In this document: piece after piece, positions 8,285 through 17,312 of the stretch | Position numbering within the stretch: the stretch's first letter is position 1 | Layout of the letters: the number at the start of each line of letters is the position of its first letter | DNA from: a virus | Virus record (IMG/VR): IMGVR_UViG_3300035698_022838 | Coordinates: 32,001 to 96,000 of that record | Direction: 5' to 3' (one strand) | Length of the DNA: 64,000 nt | The notes under the pieces: model-generated | Told to the model about the DNA's origin: nothing | Database searches by the model: none | What the model saw: the letters and a program-made list of their open reading frames with translations, nothing else | Translations under genes and position numbers: made by a program

Positions 8285-8850
8285 TATTTCTTATTACCTT
8301 TTATCCAGTCGCGATAGTCTTTTAGATTCTCCAAATTCTTTTTCCCTTTCTTTTTCTTCTTTGAATCTGGATCTAATTGAGGAATAATAGTTGGTATTTT
8401 ACCTTCACTAACGTCTTCCTTCTTTTCTTTTTTACCCTTTATTGGAAGTCCATCCAATTTAGTCTTAGCAAAATCTTTAAGTTCCTTATTTGCCATCTTA
8501 CTAAAAGCAATTTTCTTAACTGATCTACGATACTTAGGACTGATATCATCAAGTTCAATTTGTCCTGTTCTTAAGGCCCAAGCTTGTCCCATTAATGCTT
8601 GTTGTGCTTTTGAAACCGATTTCTCATTTATGTCCATATTAAATTCTATATTTTCTTTTATTGCCTCCGTATACTTTCCGGGTTTACCAAGCATACCTGC
8701 TGTAAGATCATCATCACTCATATCACTATTAGCAACCTCTTTAACTACTTCTCTAAATATTTCTCCGACGCTTGATATCTCAAGAGTTCCTCCTCTAACA
8801 CCTAACGCAAATCCCGCAATCATTTGGGGCATTCTATTCATTGATGGCAT
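8284..8850 (-). CDS. Protein with DUF3008-like segment, probable head-internal protein
   Basis: INE-KSVSKAQQALMG.A.A.R.G...KELKDFAKTK..GLP resembles DUF3008; Lys tract; C-terminal NLKDYRDWI. Confidence 0.65.
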   Translation of the reverse strand: MPSMNRMPQMIAGFALGVRGGTLEISSVGEIFREVVKEVANSDMSDDDLTAGMLGKPGKYTEAIKENIEFNMDINEKSVSKAQQALMGQAWALRTGQIELDDISPKYRRSVKKIAFSKMANKELKDFAKTKLDGLPIKGKKEKKEDVSEGKIPTIIPQLDPDSKKKKKGKKNLENLKDYRDWIKGNKK

Positions 8851-8855
8851 AATAC

Positions 8856-9122
8856 TTAATTATCTTCATTAAAAAATTCATCCCATTCTTTCAAATGTAA
8901 CGTTTTCATCTTTTTCTTTATCTCTTTAGGAGACATAGGTTTAGCATTCAATCCCCAATTGGTCTTAGGATCAATTATGGTTTTCTTTTTCTTTTTCTTC
9001 TTCCATTTGGAAAAATCCCACATCCATCGGTTGTATGCTTTACCAACGGTTTCGAATCCTTTATCACCTGGTTGTATTGCAATCGGTGATTGTGGTGGTA
9101 TGTAACTACCTGTTTCTGCCAT
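8856..9122 (-). CDS. Small basic hypothetical protein
   Basis: Lys tract; C-terminal HLKEWDEFFNE. Confidence 0.65.
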   Translation of the reverse strand: MAETGSYIPPQSPIAIQPGDKGFETVGKAYNRWMWDFSKWKKKKKKKTIIDPKTNWGLNAKPMSPKEIKKKMKTLHLKEWDEFFNEDN

Positions 9123-9123
9123 A

Positions 9124-9330
9124 TTATTCTAACACTGCTTCTATTTTAGATTTTGAAACCCGAACAACTTCATAGTGACCAGTGCTTCCCTCCATGTGTT
9201 CTGCAACTTTAACTTCTACGTCTGTTACTGATTCTGCCGGAACTAAGAATTCTGATTTAATAATTACAGGATCTCCGTTTCTTTTCTGTTCTACTGATTC
9301 ATAATCTACTTTTGCTACCCAATAAGCCAT
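9124..9330 (-). CDS. DUF4494-like protein (Bacteroidota-associated family)
   Basis: W.AKV.YE....NG......E.LV.AES.T..E pattern. Confidence 0.65.
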   Translation of the reverse strand: MAYWVAKVDYESVEQKRNGDPVIIKSEFLVPAESVTDVEVKVAEHMEGSTGHYEVVRVSKSKIEAVLE

Positions 9331-9352
9331 ATTTAAAAATTTAAAGTTAATG

Positions 9353-9360
9353 TATATATC
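9353..9360 (-). promoter_or_regulatory. GATATATA putative late promoter
   Basis: Just after a terminator, upstream of the gene at 9330. Confidence 0.65.
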
Positions 9361-9375
9361 TGTTTTATTCTTTAC

Positions 9376-9404
9376 AAAAAAGGCAATCTAATGATTGCCT
9401 TTTT
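9376..9404. terminator. Intrinsic (bidirectional-type) terminator after the Hc1-like gene
   Basis: AAAAA-AGGCAATC-TAAT-GATTGCCT-TTTT. Confidence 0.85.
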
Positions 9405-9425
9405 ATATTTTCTCTTTCTTTTATC

Positions 9426-9599
9426 CTAAGCGTTTTTTGCTTCTTGGATTTCTATTCTAACTTCTTGTGCAAGTCTTTTTAATTGCTGCATTGCTTGTCT
9501 TACTCTTGTACCTGCTGCGTTATTGCCTTTATCAGCAAATTTTTCAACGTCGTCTTCAGTATTTAAAATAAGATCTTTAATTTCTTCGAATGATTCCAT
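9426..9599 (-). CDS. Histone H1-like protein Hc1 (57 aa; below the ORF-track cutoff)
   Basis: MESFEEIKDLILNTEDDVEKFADKGNNAAGTRVRQAMQQLKRLAQEVRIEIQEAKNA, with the KGN.AAG.RVR signature, its own promoter and its own terminator. Confidence 0.9.
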   Translation of the reverse strand: MESFEEIKDLILNTEDDVEKFADKGNNAAGTRVRQAMQQLKRLAQEVRIEIQEAKNA

Positions 9600-9622
9600 A
9601 ATTTTGTTTTAATATTTATTAA

Positions 9623-9650
9623 ATTATATGAATATGTATCGTTTTGTTTC
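9623..9650 (-). promoter_or_regulatory. Putative promoter GAAAC-N17-TATAAT for the Hc1-like gene
   Basis: GAAAC AAAACGATACATATTCA TATAAT in the intergenic gap. Confidence 0.55.
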
Positions 9651-9652
9651 GT

Positions 9653-10177
9653 TTATCTGCTTATAATGTATGTTTTCTCTTCTGAACCTTCTTGCATTGA
9701 CCATTCATTACCTAACTCGGCGACAATCACAGATTTAACCTTTTCCATGTAATTCTCTGCTTTACAATTTAAGTTCATTTCGTCAAATATTCTAACCACA
9801 CTTGGATTCTTTTCAAGATAACTCATTAAAGCTTTTGAAGCCTGATTGAATAATCTAACTAAATCATTACCTTCTATATTGAATGTTATATCATTTAACT
9901 CTGGTAGTTCGTTATTATTAACTGCTATATCCTGTATCTCTTCAGGTGCTATTTCATTCAAATTTAAAACTGCATAAGAATTCTTAGGCCCTTCAGTTGT
10001 TTCGTATTGTGAATATTTACCTATTATAAAAGAAAATCCTTTTGTTTCTCCACTTTCAAGCCCAAGGTTAAACATATAATAACAAAGGTCTCCGTCTTTC
10101 CTAAATAGAAAAGGCATGCTACCAAAGCCATCTGCTTCATTTATAAATTCTATAAAATTTCTAATCTTTCTTTCCAC
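9653..10177 (-). CDS. Hypothetical protein with capsid-targeting-like N-terminus
   Basis: MERKIRNFIEFINE (GTG start). Confidence 0.7.
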   Translation of the reverse strand: MERKIRNFIEFINEADGFGSMPFLFRKDGDLCYYMFNLGLESGETKGFSFIIGKYSQYETTEGPKNSYAVLNLNEIAPEEIQDIAVNNNELPELNDITFNIEGNDLVRLFNQASKALMSYLEKNPSVVRIFDEMNLNCKAENYMEKVKSVIVAELGNEWSMQEGSEEKTYIISR

Positions 10178-10192
10178 TATATTAATTTATTT

Positions 10193-12127
10193 TTATACCT
10201 CTGTTACGAGACTATTAAATAGATTACTAACCTCTTTAGGTACTAATTTTTTGAACGTCGAAAAATCTTCGTCCTTTAGTGCTGCTCTAACTCTAGTTGC
10301 TGATGTCAATCTTGGGGTTTTTTCTAGTGAAAAGGACTTATGTAAATTATCCTTCAAATCGGATACCTTAATGTAGTCCATCTGCTTCTTATAATCGTCG
10401 CTACGGTCATCCCCAGTACCAACTAAGCGCGGATCGTAACCATCTTTAACTAACTTATTTATTGCAGAACCCAATAGTCCTCTAGATACTATAAAATATC
10501 CTTCTATCTCATTATTATTCGATACGACAGCATCCATATAATGTTTGATTGTATTCTCATTAAATGGTGATTTACCGGATTTATTATGACCTGGATAAAC
10601 TACGATTACGAATGTTGGTAGATCATTCTTTTTCTTCATTACTCTTGCCATCTTCAAATGTCCATTATGAAATGGTTGAAATCTACCAATTATTACATTA
10701 ACTTTGACTCTTTTTTGCGTAGTCTCATTCTCAGTTAATAATATAGCTTCTTGTTGTGGTTGCGATTCAGGTTGGGTTTCCTCATTTGAGCTTTCCTCTA
10801 TGGTTTCGAGTTTACTTCTAAAATTATCATAAGATTGTAATGGATTTTCTAGGTCTTCTTCCTCACTTTCAGTTTGTATATAATCAACACTTGGTACAAA
10901 ATCCTTTTTAAAATCAGCAAATGAAATAAACGTTGATTCACTTATTACTTCTTTGGGTTTTTTAATGTACTTTTTAATGTGGTTGATTAACCCATTTAAT
11001 TGTTTTAGCATACCATCGGTAACAATTCCACTAGTTCTAGATTTGATTTTTCTAAATGAGTTTAGAATTAGCTTAAAAAGAGATTCGTATGCATCATCTT
11101 TCTTAAGATATTTTAAAACTTTTCTATCATTTATTATTTCCTTATTTAATCTAAATTCATCTCTTTTAAGATATTCGGGTTCTTCGAAATCAGTACCTTT
11201 ATATTTATCAGCATATTCATCTAAAAATTTCACAAACACGCTTGATATAAAGGAAATATACCTTTCATCGTCTGTTGATCCTTCAATTTCGAATTTATCT
11301 AAACCTCTTTCAAGTATGAAGTTCATTACATCTAATAAAGTTATACCTAAAAAATCACTAGGCTTTTTAGACTCTTTCTTAGCAGATTTATGTTTAGCTA
11401 TTTCAGTAAATATTGGATCAACCATTTTTGCTAATACTGTTTCGTCCTTATCTTGACCACCAAACTTGAATACAACACCCTCGACATCCTTATCAAGATC
11501 GTCATTTAATGCGGTTTTAGATAACTTAGGATTAAGTGTTTTAATTATAAATCTAACAAAACTTGAGGTCTTAAACTTCTCGATTAGCTCTTTATTTGGG
11601 GTATTTAAAAAATCCATCAATTCAGATTTCTGATCCTCATCCAATTTACCTTGGAAAATTATAGGAGGTCTTTCAACATCCAGTAAATCAGCCCAATCAT
11701 TTAACTCATTTTTATCATGTATTATTTTAGTGATCTTCTTAGAATTATCTAAGCGGTGTATAAATGAAAGGATAAGATTATTTTTAGGTAATCTGTCGTA
11801 TGTTATCTCAACTGGTTTAGTTGAGGCAAAATATTCAAAACCAAACCTAACCCCTCTTGGGATTTGCTCTATTATATTCGGTTGTAAAGATTCTATATAC
11901 TGTATTGGTTTCTCATAATATTTCATGAGTGTTCTATCAACCAATGTAATTGGATGTCTTTGATCTCTTCGGTAAAACTCAAATTTACCGGTGCTTCTAT
12001 TCCTTTCGAACGAAAACGCTGAACCATCCATTTTTTCATTAATAGTCACAAACTTATTGAAAAGTTGTTCTATAAAATCTGATCCCTTCTTATTATAAAT
12101 ATCATATAAATGATTTATTCCTGCCAT
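10193..12127 (-). CDS. Fusion: ATP-dependent RNA-ligase-like domain + HIGH-family (cytidylyl/adenylyl) nucleotidyltransferase
   Basis: Ligase motifs I EKMDGS, III GFEYF, IV EGVVFK, V LAKMVD. C-terminal GRFQPFHNGH, SPF, GDDR..DY, TSATRVR. Confidence 0.8.
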   Translation of the reverse strand: MAGINHLYDIYNKKGSDFIEQLFNKFVTINEKMDGSAFSFERNRSTGKFEFYRRDQRHPITLVDRTLMKYYEKPIQYIESLQPNIIEQIPRGVRFGFEYFASTKPVEITYDRLPKNNLILSFIHRLDNSKKITKIIHDKNELNDWADLLDVERPPIIFQGKLDEDQKSELMDFLNTPNKELIEKFKTSSFVRFIIKTLNPKLSKTALNDDLDKDVEGVVFKFGGQDKDETVLAKMVDPIFTEIAKHKSAKKESKKPSDFLGITLLDVMNFILERGLDKFEIEGSTDDERYISFISSVFVKFLDEYADKYKGTDFEEPEYLKRDEFRLNKEIINDRKVLKYLKKDDAYESLFKLILNSFRKIKSRTSGIVTDGMLKQLNGLINHIKKYIKKPKEVISESTFISFADFKKDFVPSVDYIQTESEEEDLENPLQSYDNFRSKLETIEESSNEETQPESQPQQEAILLTENETTQKRVKVNVIIGRFQPFHNGHLKMARVMKKKNDLPTFVIVVYPGHNKSGKSPFNENTIKHYMDAVVSNNNEIEGYFIVSRGLLGSAINKLVKDGYDPRLVGTGDDRSDDYKKQMDYIKVSDLKDNLHKSFSLEKTPRLTSATRVRAALKDEDFSTFKKLVPKEVSNLFNSLVTEV

Positions 12128-12131
12128 CTTC

Positions 12132-12539
12132 TTAGTTAAGTAAAAATTTATTCTGCAAACTAGCCATTAATAACGGATTACTATCTACTACTATATGTGC
12201 TATACCTTCTAGTATATTTTTTAAAAGAATTTTCGATTTATCATGCAAATCTTCTTCGCCTAATTCAATAACTCTTTCTACTAATTCCTCCATATTTGGT
12301 GCATCGTTCTCTTGTGTAATTAACTCGAATACTGAATTTTCGATAGTATAGACTATTGACCTTTCTACTATTATATCCCAATTACCATCAGAATTCTCTA
12401 TAATGTCACCATGAAACCCTAATACTGTAACAAAATGTATATTTTTTTCCGCTCTTCTAACAATACTTGGAGAATCATTCTCTAAGAATATCTCTAAAGC
12501 TCCATATATTAGGTCGTTATGTTTTTGTGTAAATGCCAT
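12132..12539 (-). CDS. Hypothetical protein
   Basis: 135-aa ORF between the two nucleotidyltransferase genes; gaps of 1-4 nt. Confidence 0.65.
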   Translation of the reverse strand: MAFTQKHNDLIYGALEIFLENDSPSIVRRAEKNIHFVTVLGFHGDIIENSDGNWDIIVERSIVYTIENSVFELITQENDAPNMEELVERVIELGEEDLHDKSKILLKNILEGIAHIVVDSNPLLMASLQNKFLLN

Positions 12540-12540
12540 A

Positions 12541-13452
12541 TTATTTTATTTCATTAGGAATTTCATAATCCCCATTTGTTAAATATCTAATTAAATCTTT
12601 TTTTATTTCTTCAATTTTGTCTTTGTGTTTAAAATCATCTTTAATAACTAATTTCCATGCGCTTTCGAACGTTTTAACATCCTCTGGCTTAACCCCATTA
12701 CCGAATAATAAATTTACAAGATCTCTTGGATCATTTGTTATAAGTGTTCCCTTCTTAGAAATTATCTTTGGTTTAGCTAATCTTTTTTTAATCCCCTTGT
12801 ATGTTTTCTTATTTCTATATACTCCATCACTTAATCTTAATACATAAGCATTATAATCTTCAATTTCACCATTTTCATCTTTTGATATTATAGCTTTCAT
12901 AGATGATAATATTGCTTGAAATAACCAATTTCTATGTGCGGATTTATACTTACTTTCACTAATTTTATAATCTGGTGAATAAAATATAAATTTTGCCCAG
13001 TCCATATCACTAATCGGAATCAAATCTAATTGAACCAGCCCATTCTTCTCTTCGCCTTCTATTGGCCAACCTACCGACAATACATTAATACCCTTCATTA
13101 ATCGTATCTCTGTATCAAATCCTAATTTCTTTGGCAATTCGTTGGTTAATATTTTTTCCAGAAAATCTAATACCTCGCTCTTTTTAATCTTGAATTTATT
13201 TGCAATAAATGCTTTATTTATACCAAGATCTATATCGCCAGACGTTTCGTTTGGATCTTTTTTCTTACCAACACTTCCTATAATAATGTATGCACTATCT
13301 AACTTACCATTCCCAATAATTGGAAATAATGTATCCTCTATTGACTTTATAGTTTGCGGAACCTCACCTTCCTTTATTCTTCTGGATTTAGTAATTGCAT
13401 TACCACCCTCAAACAAAGATGTAAACTGATTATATTTAAGCAAATTACTCAC
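12541..13452 (-). CDS. Pol-beta-superfamily nucleotidyltransferase with capsid-targeting-like N-terminus
   Basis: IGSVGKK.....SGDIDL (GS...DxD) and third Asp in VQLDL; N-terminus MSNLLKYNQFTSLFE-GGNA. Confidence 0.75.
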   Translation of the reverse strand: MSNLLKYNQFTSLFEGGNAITKSRRIKEGEVPQTIKSIEDTLFPIIGNGKLDSAYIIIGSVGKKKDPNETSGDIDLGINKAFIANKFKIKKSEVLDFLEKILTNELPKKLGFDTEIRLMKGINVLSVGWPIEGEEKNGLVQLDLIPISDMDWAKFIFYSPDYKISESKYKSAHRNWLFQAILSSMKAIISKDENGEIEDYNAYVLRLSDGVYRNKKTYKGIKKRLAKPKIISKKGTLITNDPRDLVNLLFGNGVKPEDVKTFESAWKLVIKDDFKHKDKIEEIKKDLIRYLTNGDYEIPNEIK

Positions 13453-13940
13453 TATTTAAAATTGAAATATTTTGAAGCATTATTAACATATTCAGCATAA
13501 ATACTTTGTTCTTTACCTTCAGGATTCTCAGGATCAAACTTACCACCGAAAGATTTTCTACCTTTTAATATTGCATCTCTATAAAACTTCTCATAATCAG
13601 CTTCTTTGTTATTACCCTTTCTTCTTATATCATCACCCCATTTAGAAAGTATCTCATCTTGACTCCCACGTAGAGCATCTGCTGACATGCTTGATGTTCT
13701 CCCATTATTAAATAAATCACTTATCCCGCTTGTGAGTCCTGCTAAACTATTAATAGCACCCTTAAGTAATCTCTTTAATGCACCAGCTTCATCATATGTC
13801 GTTTGATATATCTTTTCTTGTGGGGTTTCTGCAGAAATCCTACTTCTAATCTCCTTAATCTTTCTTTCGGCATCACTATAATTAGTATAATAGCGCTTTG
13901 ATTCATTTAAGAAATCATCAAAAGTTTTTAAATTGTCCAT
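13452..13940 (-). CDS. Hypothetical head-internal-type protein
   Basis: MDNLKTFDDFLNE; GATATATA at 13961-13968. Confidence 0.75.
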   Translation of the reverse strand: MDNLKTFDDFLNESKRYYTNYSDAERKIKEIRSRISAETPQEKIYQTTYDEAGALKRLLKGAINSLAGLTSGISDLFNNGRTSSMSADALRGSQDEILSKWGDDIRRKGNNKEADYEKFYRDAILKGRKSFGGKFDPENPEGKEQSIYAEYVNNASKYFNFK

Positions 13941-13960
13941 AGCATGGGTTTTATTTATGC

Positions 13961-13968
13961 TATATATC
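13961..13968 (-). promoter_or_regulatory. GATATATA putative late promoter
   Basis: Heads the 13940-9653 operon. Confidence 0.65.
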
Positions 13969-13975
13969 TCGTAAA

Positions 13976-15514
13976 TTAAAGTTTTACTTTATAAATCTTG
14001 TAGATAAACTTCTCATTCTCGTATATTTGAATACGTGCGCTACTATGCTTCATAAGATAATTTACATATTTTGAAGTACTGAAATCATCTACGAAGTCAA
14101 TGACTATTACTTTATCCTTTCCTTCCATTAACCTCATACCTCTACCTAAACTCTGTTTTATTAAAACTTCGCTTTTATAGGATTCTACTAGAAAAATGTT
14201 ATGTAGATTATCTATAGAAATTCCAGTTGAGAATGTACCGTATGTAGCGATCAACACCTTATTCTCACCTACCGCCATTCTTGACTTATACTCTTCTCTC
14301 CTATTTTCATCAATATCGCCATCTACATAGAAAACCTCTTTTTCACCGTTTATTTCACGAAGTTCATTCCAAATTTTCTTACCATATTCATCCTTTACTG
14401 ATTGGAAAAGAACTAACGAATTCTTGGTTGTTCTATTTATAAAGTCAACTATATAATCAAACCTTTTTTTACTTTCGATAACAAGTCTTCTCTCTATATT
14501 ATAGATTTCAGTACTATCGGTTTTCTCTTTATCTTTTTTATTCCTGTTTTTTAGCTCAGCTAACTTCAGTTTTAATTCTTCATCTAACCAATCTAATACA
14601 ACTACTTTAATCTCAACAGGTGTTGCATATTTGTTTTGAAATAAAAATTCGGGTGGGATTTCAACTAATAATGGACCTAGGTACTGCTGAATAGTTAAAT
14701 GATCTGCTGAATCCCTCTTTGTTAGTGTTCCAGACATACCAAATCTCCATTTACTGTTCGTGCACTTAGATAAGATCTTCTTGATTGACATCGTGTCAGT
14801 ATGGTGTGCCTCATCAACGAAAACAGCATCTACATCATCGAAAAATTCTTCGTCTCTTTTCACTAAGGATTGAAATGTACCAATAATAACATTACATCCT
14901 TCTCTTAATTTACTTCCGCCGCCAATTTGCTGAACCTTACAATCCTCAAGTCTACCAATTCCATATTCTATAAAATCATCATTACCTTGAAATACTAGGT
15001 TTGTCTTTGGTGCTACCATTAGGAATTTTCTAATGTAGCCTTGGCTTTTAAGGAACGCAAGTATCATAAAAGCTATGAGCGTTTTACCAGAAGATGTAGC
15101 TATTTCTGAAATTGAATATCTAAATTTTATAATTCTCCATGCTGCTTCTATCTGATAATCTCTTGGTTTCTTCTCGTTATTCTTAAAAAATTCATTAGCC
15201 CATCCAGTAAATGCTACTAACGTTAGGTCAGTTAAAAATATTTCAGTAAGACCATTTACTTCAATCTGTATATCATATTTTTTACCAACATTCATAACCT
15301 CATTCCATAGTCCTATTGGAACTTTCCAGAATGAACTTTTCTTTTCTATAAAGCAAATGTTACCATCCCAGAGCTTTTTCTTAACTAATGGATGGAAAAA
15401 CCACTTATCTATTTTTTTGGTCAGAGATATTTCAAGTTGTCTCTTCTCGATCTCATCATTGGCTTCGATCAAGATCAACCACTTTTTATCTTCTGAAACA
15501 TTAAACTTTAACAT
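13976..15514 (-). CDS. uvsW: UvsW-like SF2 DNA helicase
   Basis: WDG.I, PRDYQ, ATSSGKT, DEAH, GMSGT, FSTGISI.NLH, QSLGRGMR. Confidence 0.93.
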   Translation of the reverse strand: MLKFNVSEDKKWLILIEANDEIEKRQLEISLTKKIDKWFFHPLVKKKLWDGNICFIEKKSSFWKVPIGLWNEVMNVGKKYDIQIEVNGLTEIFLTDLTLVAFTGWANEFFKNNEKKPRDYQIEAAWRIIKFRYSISEIATSSGKTLIAFMILAFLKSQGYIRKFLMVAPKTNLVFQGNDDFIEYGIGRLEDCKVQQIGGGSKLREGCNVIIGTFQSLVKRDEEFFDDVDAVFVDEAHHTDTMSIKKILSKCTNSKWRFGMSGTLTKRDSADHLTIQQYLGPLLVEIPPEFLFQNKYATPVEIKVVVLDWLDEELKLKLAELKNRNKKDKEKTDSTEIYNIERRLVIESKKRFDYIVDFINRTTKNSLVLFQSVKDEYGKKIWNELREINGEKEVFYVDGDIDENRREEYKSRMAVGENKVLIATYGTFSTGISIDNLHNIFLVESYKSEVLIKQSLGRGMRLMEGKDKVIVIDFVDDFSTSKYVNYLMKHSSARIQIYENEKFIYKIYKVKL

Positions 15515-15523
15515 TGTATATCT

Positions 15524-15973
15524 TTATTTTATGGTACTACCTCTCAAATACTCCTCAAGTGCAATTCTTTGTTTTATTCCATATAACATATGATCAACGG
15601 TCTGTACTGTTTGATCCACATATTTACGGTGACCCTCGACTAGTTCCATTTTTTCAGTTATCTCTGATAGATCTGATTCAATTAGAGTTTTCATTTCGGT
15701 TGAGTTATATCGAACATCGCGTTTCTCTGTATATTCTTTTAACTTAACTGCTCTTTTCTGACGTTCTTTTGTAGAAAGTTTAGATATTATTTGAGCAAGC
15801 TTAAATCCATATTCTATTAATACCTGTCTAGTTGAAAATAATTCAACCTGTGCAGGTGCTACTGTTCTAATGTCTTTAAGTTTTAGAGCTATAGCCTGAA
15901 TTTTTTCTCTCCATTCAGTTCGTTCATTCTCGAAAACTTTAGCATAGTCTATTTTCTTTTTTTCTTCTGACAT
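15524..15973 (-). CDS. uvsY: UvsY-like recombination mediator
   Basis: 149-aa helical protein beside uvsW; E.KTLIESD...I.....E and Y.IK..I..EEY..G pattern. Confidence 0.6.
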   Translation of the reverse strand: MSEEKKKIDYAKVFENERTEWREKIQAIALKLKDIRTVAPAQVELFSTRQVLIEYGFKLAQIISKLSTKERQKRAVKLKEYTEKRDVRYNSTEMKTLIESDLSEITEKMELVEGHRKYVDQTVQTVDHMLYGIKQRIALEEYLRGSTIK

Positions 15974-15974
15974 A

Positions 15975-16193
15975 TTAAAATAGTTTAGTACCCTTTACCT
16001 TTGGTTGTTTCTTATTAATATCAACTTCAGTAAACTTCGTTTCTTTCAATCTTGGTTCCTCTAATTCAAAATCCTCTTTAATCTCTCCTAAAGCCACTAA
16101 GTCCTCTGTGATAAACAAAGTAACTGGAAATTTAATTCTTCCACCCTTATCTTTCTTTTTTGGGTGTTCTCCCCACATCATTTGCTCAGCCAT
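15975..16193 (-). CDS. Small hypothetical protein
   Basis: 72 aa, overlapping the primase stop. Confidence 0.6.
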   Translation of the reverse strand: MAEQMMWGEHPKKKDKGGRIKFPVTLFITEDLVALGEIKEDFELEEPRLKETKFTEVDINKKQPKVKGTKLF

Positions 16194-17247
16194 CTATAAA
16201 ATCTAATAAATCAAGTACTTCTTCTGTGAAATAACCATCAAACCTTTGTATCTTTATTCTTTTAGCTCTTAGATAATTGACAAGATCGTTTAAATCCCAC
16301 TTCCTATTTATCGGTAAGTCATGATCAACCAAAAACTTCTTCCAATTAAACACAGTTGCCCCTTGAGTTAATAGTTCAGAATTCTTCTCCCTACCTGCAT
16401 TGTCCCAGTCATACCAATATTGAATATTTTCAATCTCGAATGGGAATTTGTTCTCAATAGAACAAAGTGCTACTGAGTTTGGCCAGAACCAAGAATCCAT
16501 TGGACCTTCAAATATAGTTATTTGTCGATCAAATGCTACTGTACCGATATTAAAAACGTGTGAAACTGGGTCTATTTTTCGTGCCTCTGTTAGGAAAGCT
16601 TCATCTGTTATTTTATAAAGTTTTTCCCAAATCCCACTAAGCTTATATGTATAATACTTAGAACCAAATTTACTGTTCATATTTCTGAACTGTAAACCTA
16701 TAATCTCATTATTTCTAGTTAGATTAAAAAGATATAATTTTCCATTTTTCTTATCCCATGCAAACCTATTATCTAACGGTTGATTTCTTCTTATTAAATA
16801 TGTTTCTATACTTGAACCCTTTACATTTTCTAAACCAAACCTTTCAACAAAGGAGTTTCTAGGGATAACAACTTTTGAAAAATCAGTATTGAATAACATA
16901 GAAATATCAACGTCACCGTATATAGTTCTCCGTTTTTCTTTACCTTCTTTTATTATTGTAAACACTTCAGATTTTTCCTCTGAAGTTAATTTATTGGTTA
17001 GACCATAGTCATCTAACATTGAATAAATATCCTTAAATATCCCACAACCCCCATTATAACACTTATATGCTAATGTAGTGAAGTAGAAATTTCCTCTCTT
17101 CTTTCTTGGATTTTTACTATCACCACAATATGGGCAAGAAAAATTTAACCTACTATCTGCTGGGTAAATTTCTTGTTTAGCGAAATCTCCTGGGAATTCC
17201 TTTTTGAGAATATCTTTTAGAAGTCCTTCTATTTTTACTAGATCCAT
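16186..17247 (-). CDS. gp61: T4 gp61-like DNA primase
   Basis: Zn finger CPYCGDS...KCYNGGC; TOPRIM IFEGPMDS, DWDNAG, DLNDL. Confidence 0.92.
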   Translation of the reverse strand: MDLVKIEGLLKDILKKEFPGDFAKQEIYPADSRLNFSCPYCGDSKNPRKKRGNFYFTTLAYKCYNGGCGIFKDIYSMLDDYGLTNKLTSEEKSEVFTIIKEGKEKRRTIYGDVDISMLFNTDFSKVVIPRNSFVERFGLENVKGSSIETYLIRRNQPLDNRFAWDKKNGKLYLFNLTRNNEIIGLQFRNMNSKFGSKYYTYKLSGIWEKLYKITDEAFLTEARKIDPVSHVFNIGTVAFDRQITIFEGPMDSWFWPNSVALCSIENKFPFEIENIQYWYDWDNAGREKNSELLTQGATVFNWKKFLVDHDLPINRKWDLNDLVNYLRAKRIKIQRFDGYFTEEVLDLLDFIDG

Positions 17248-17262
17248 ATACTTGGTTTTAAT

Positions 17263-17297
17263 AAAAAGGGATAGAATATAATAATCCTATCCCTTTT
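17263..17297 (-). terminator. Intrinsic terminator after gp32
   Basis: Minus strand AAAAGGGATAG-N12-CTATCCCTTTTT. Confidence 0.85.
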
Positions 17298-17312
17298 AGT
17301 ATTTAATGGATT

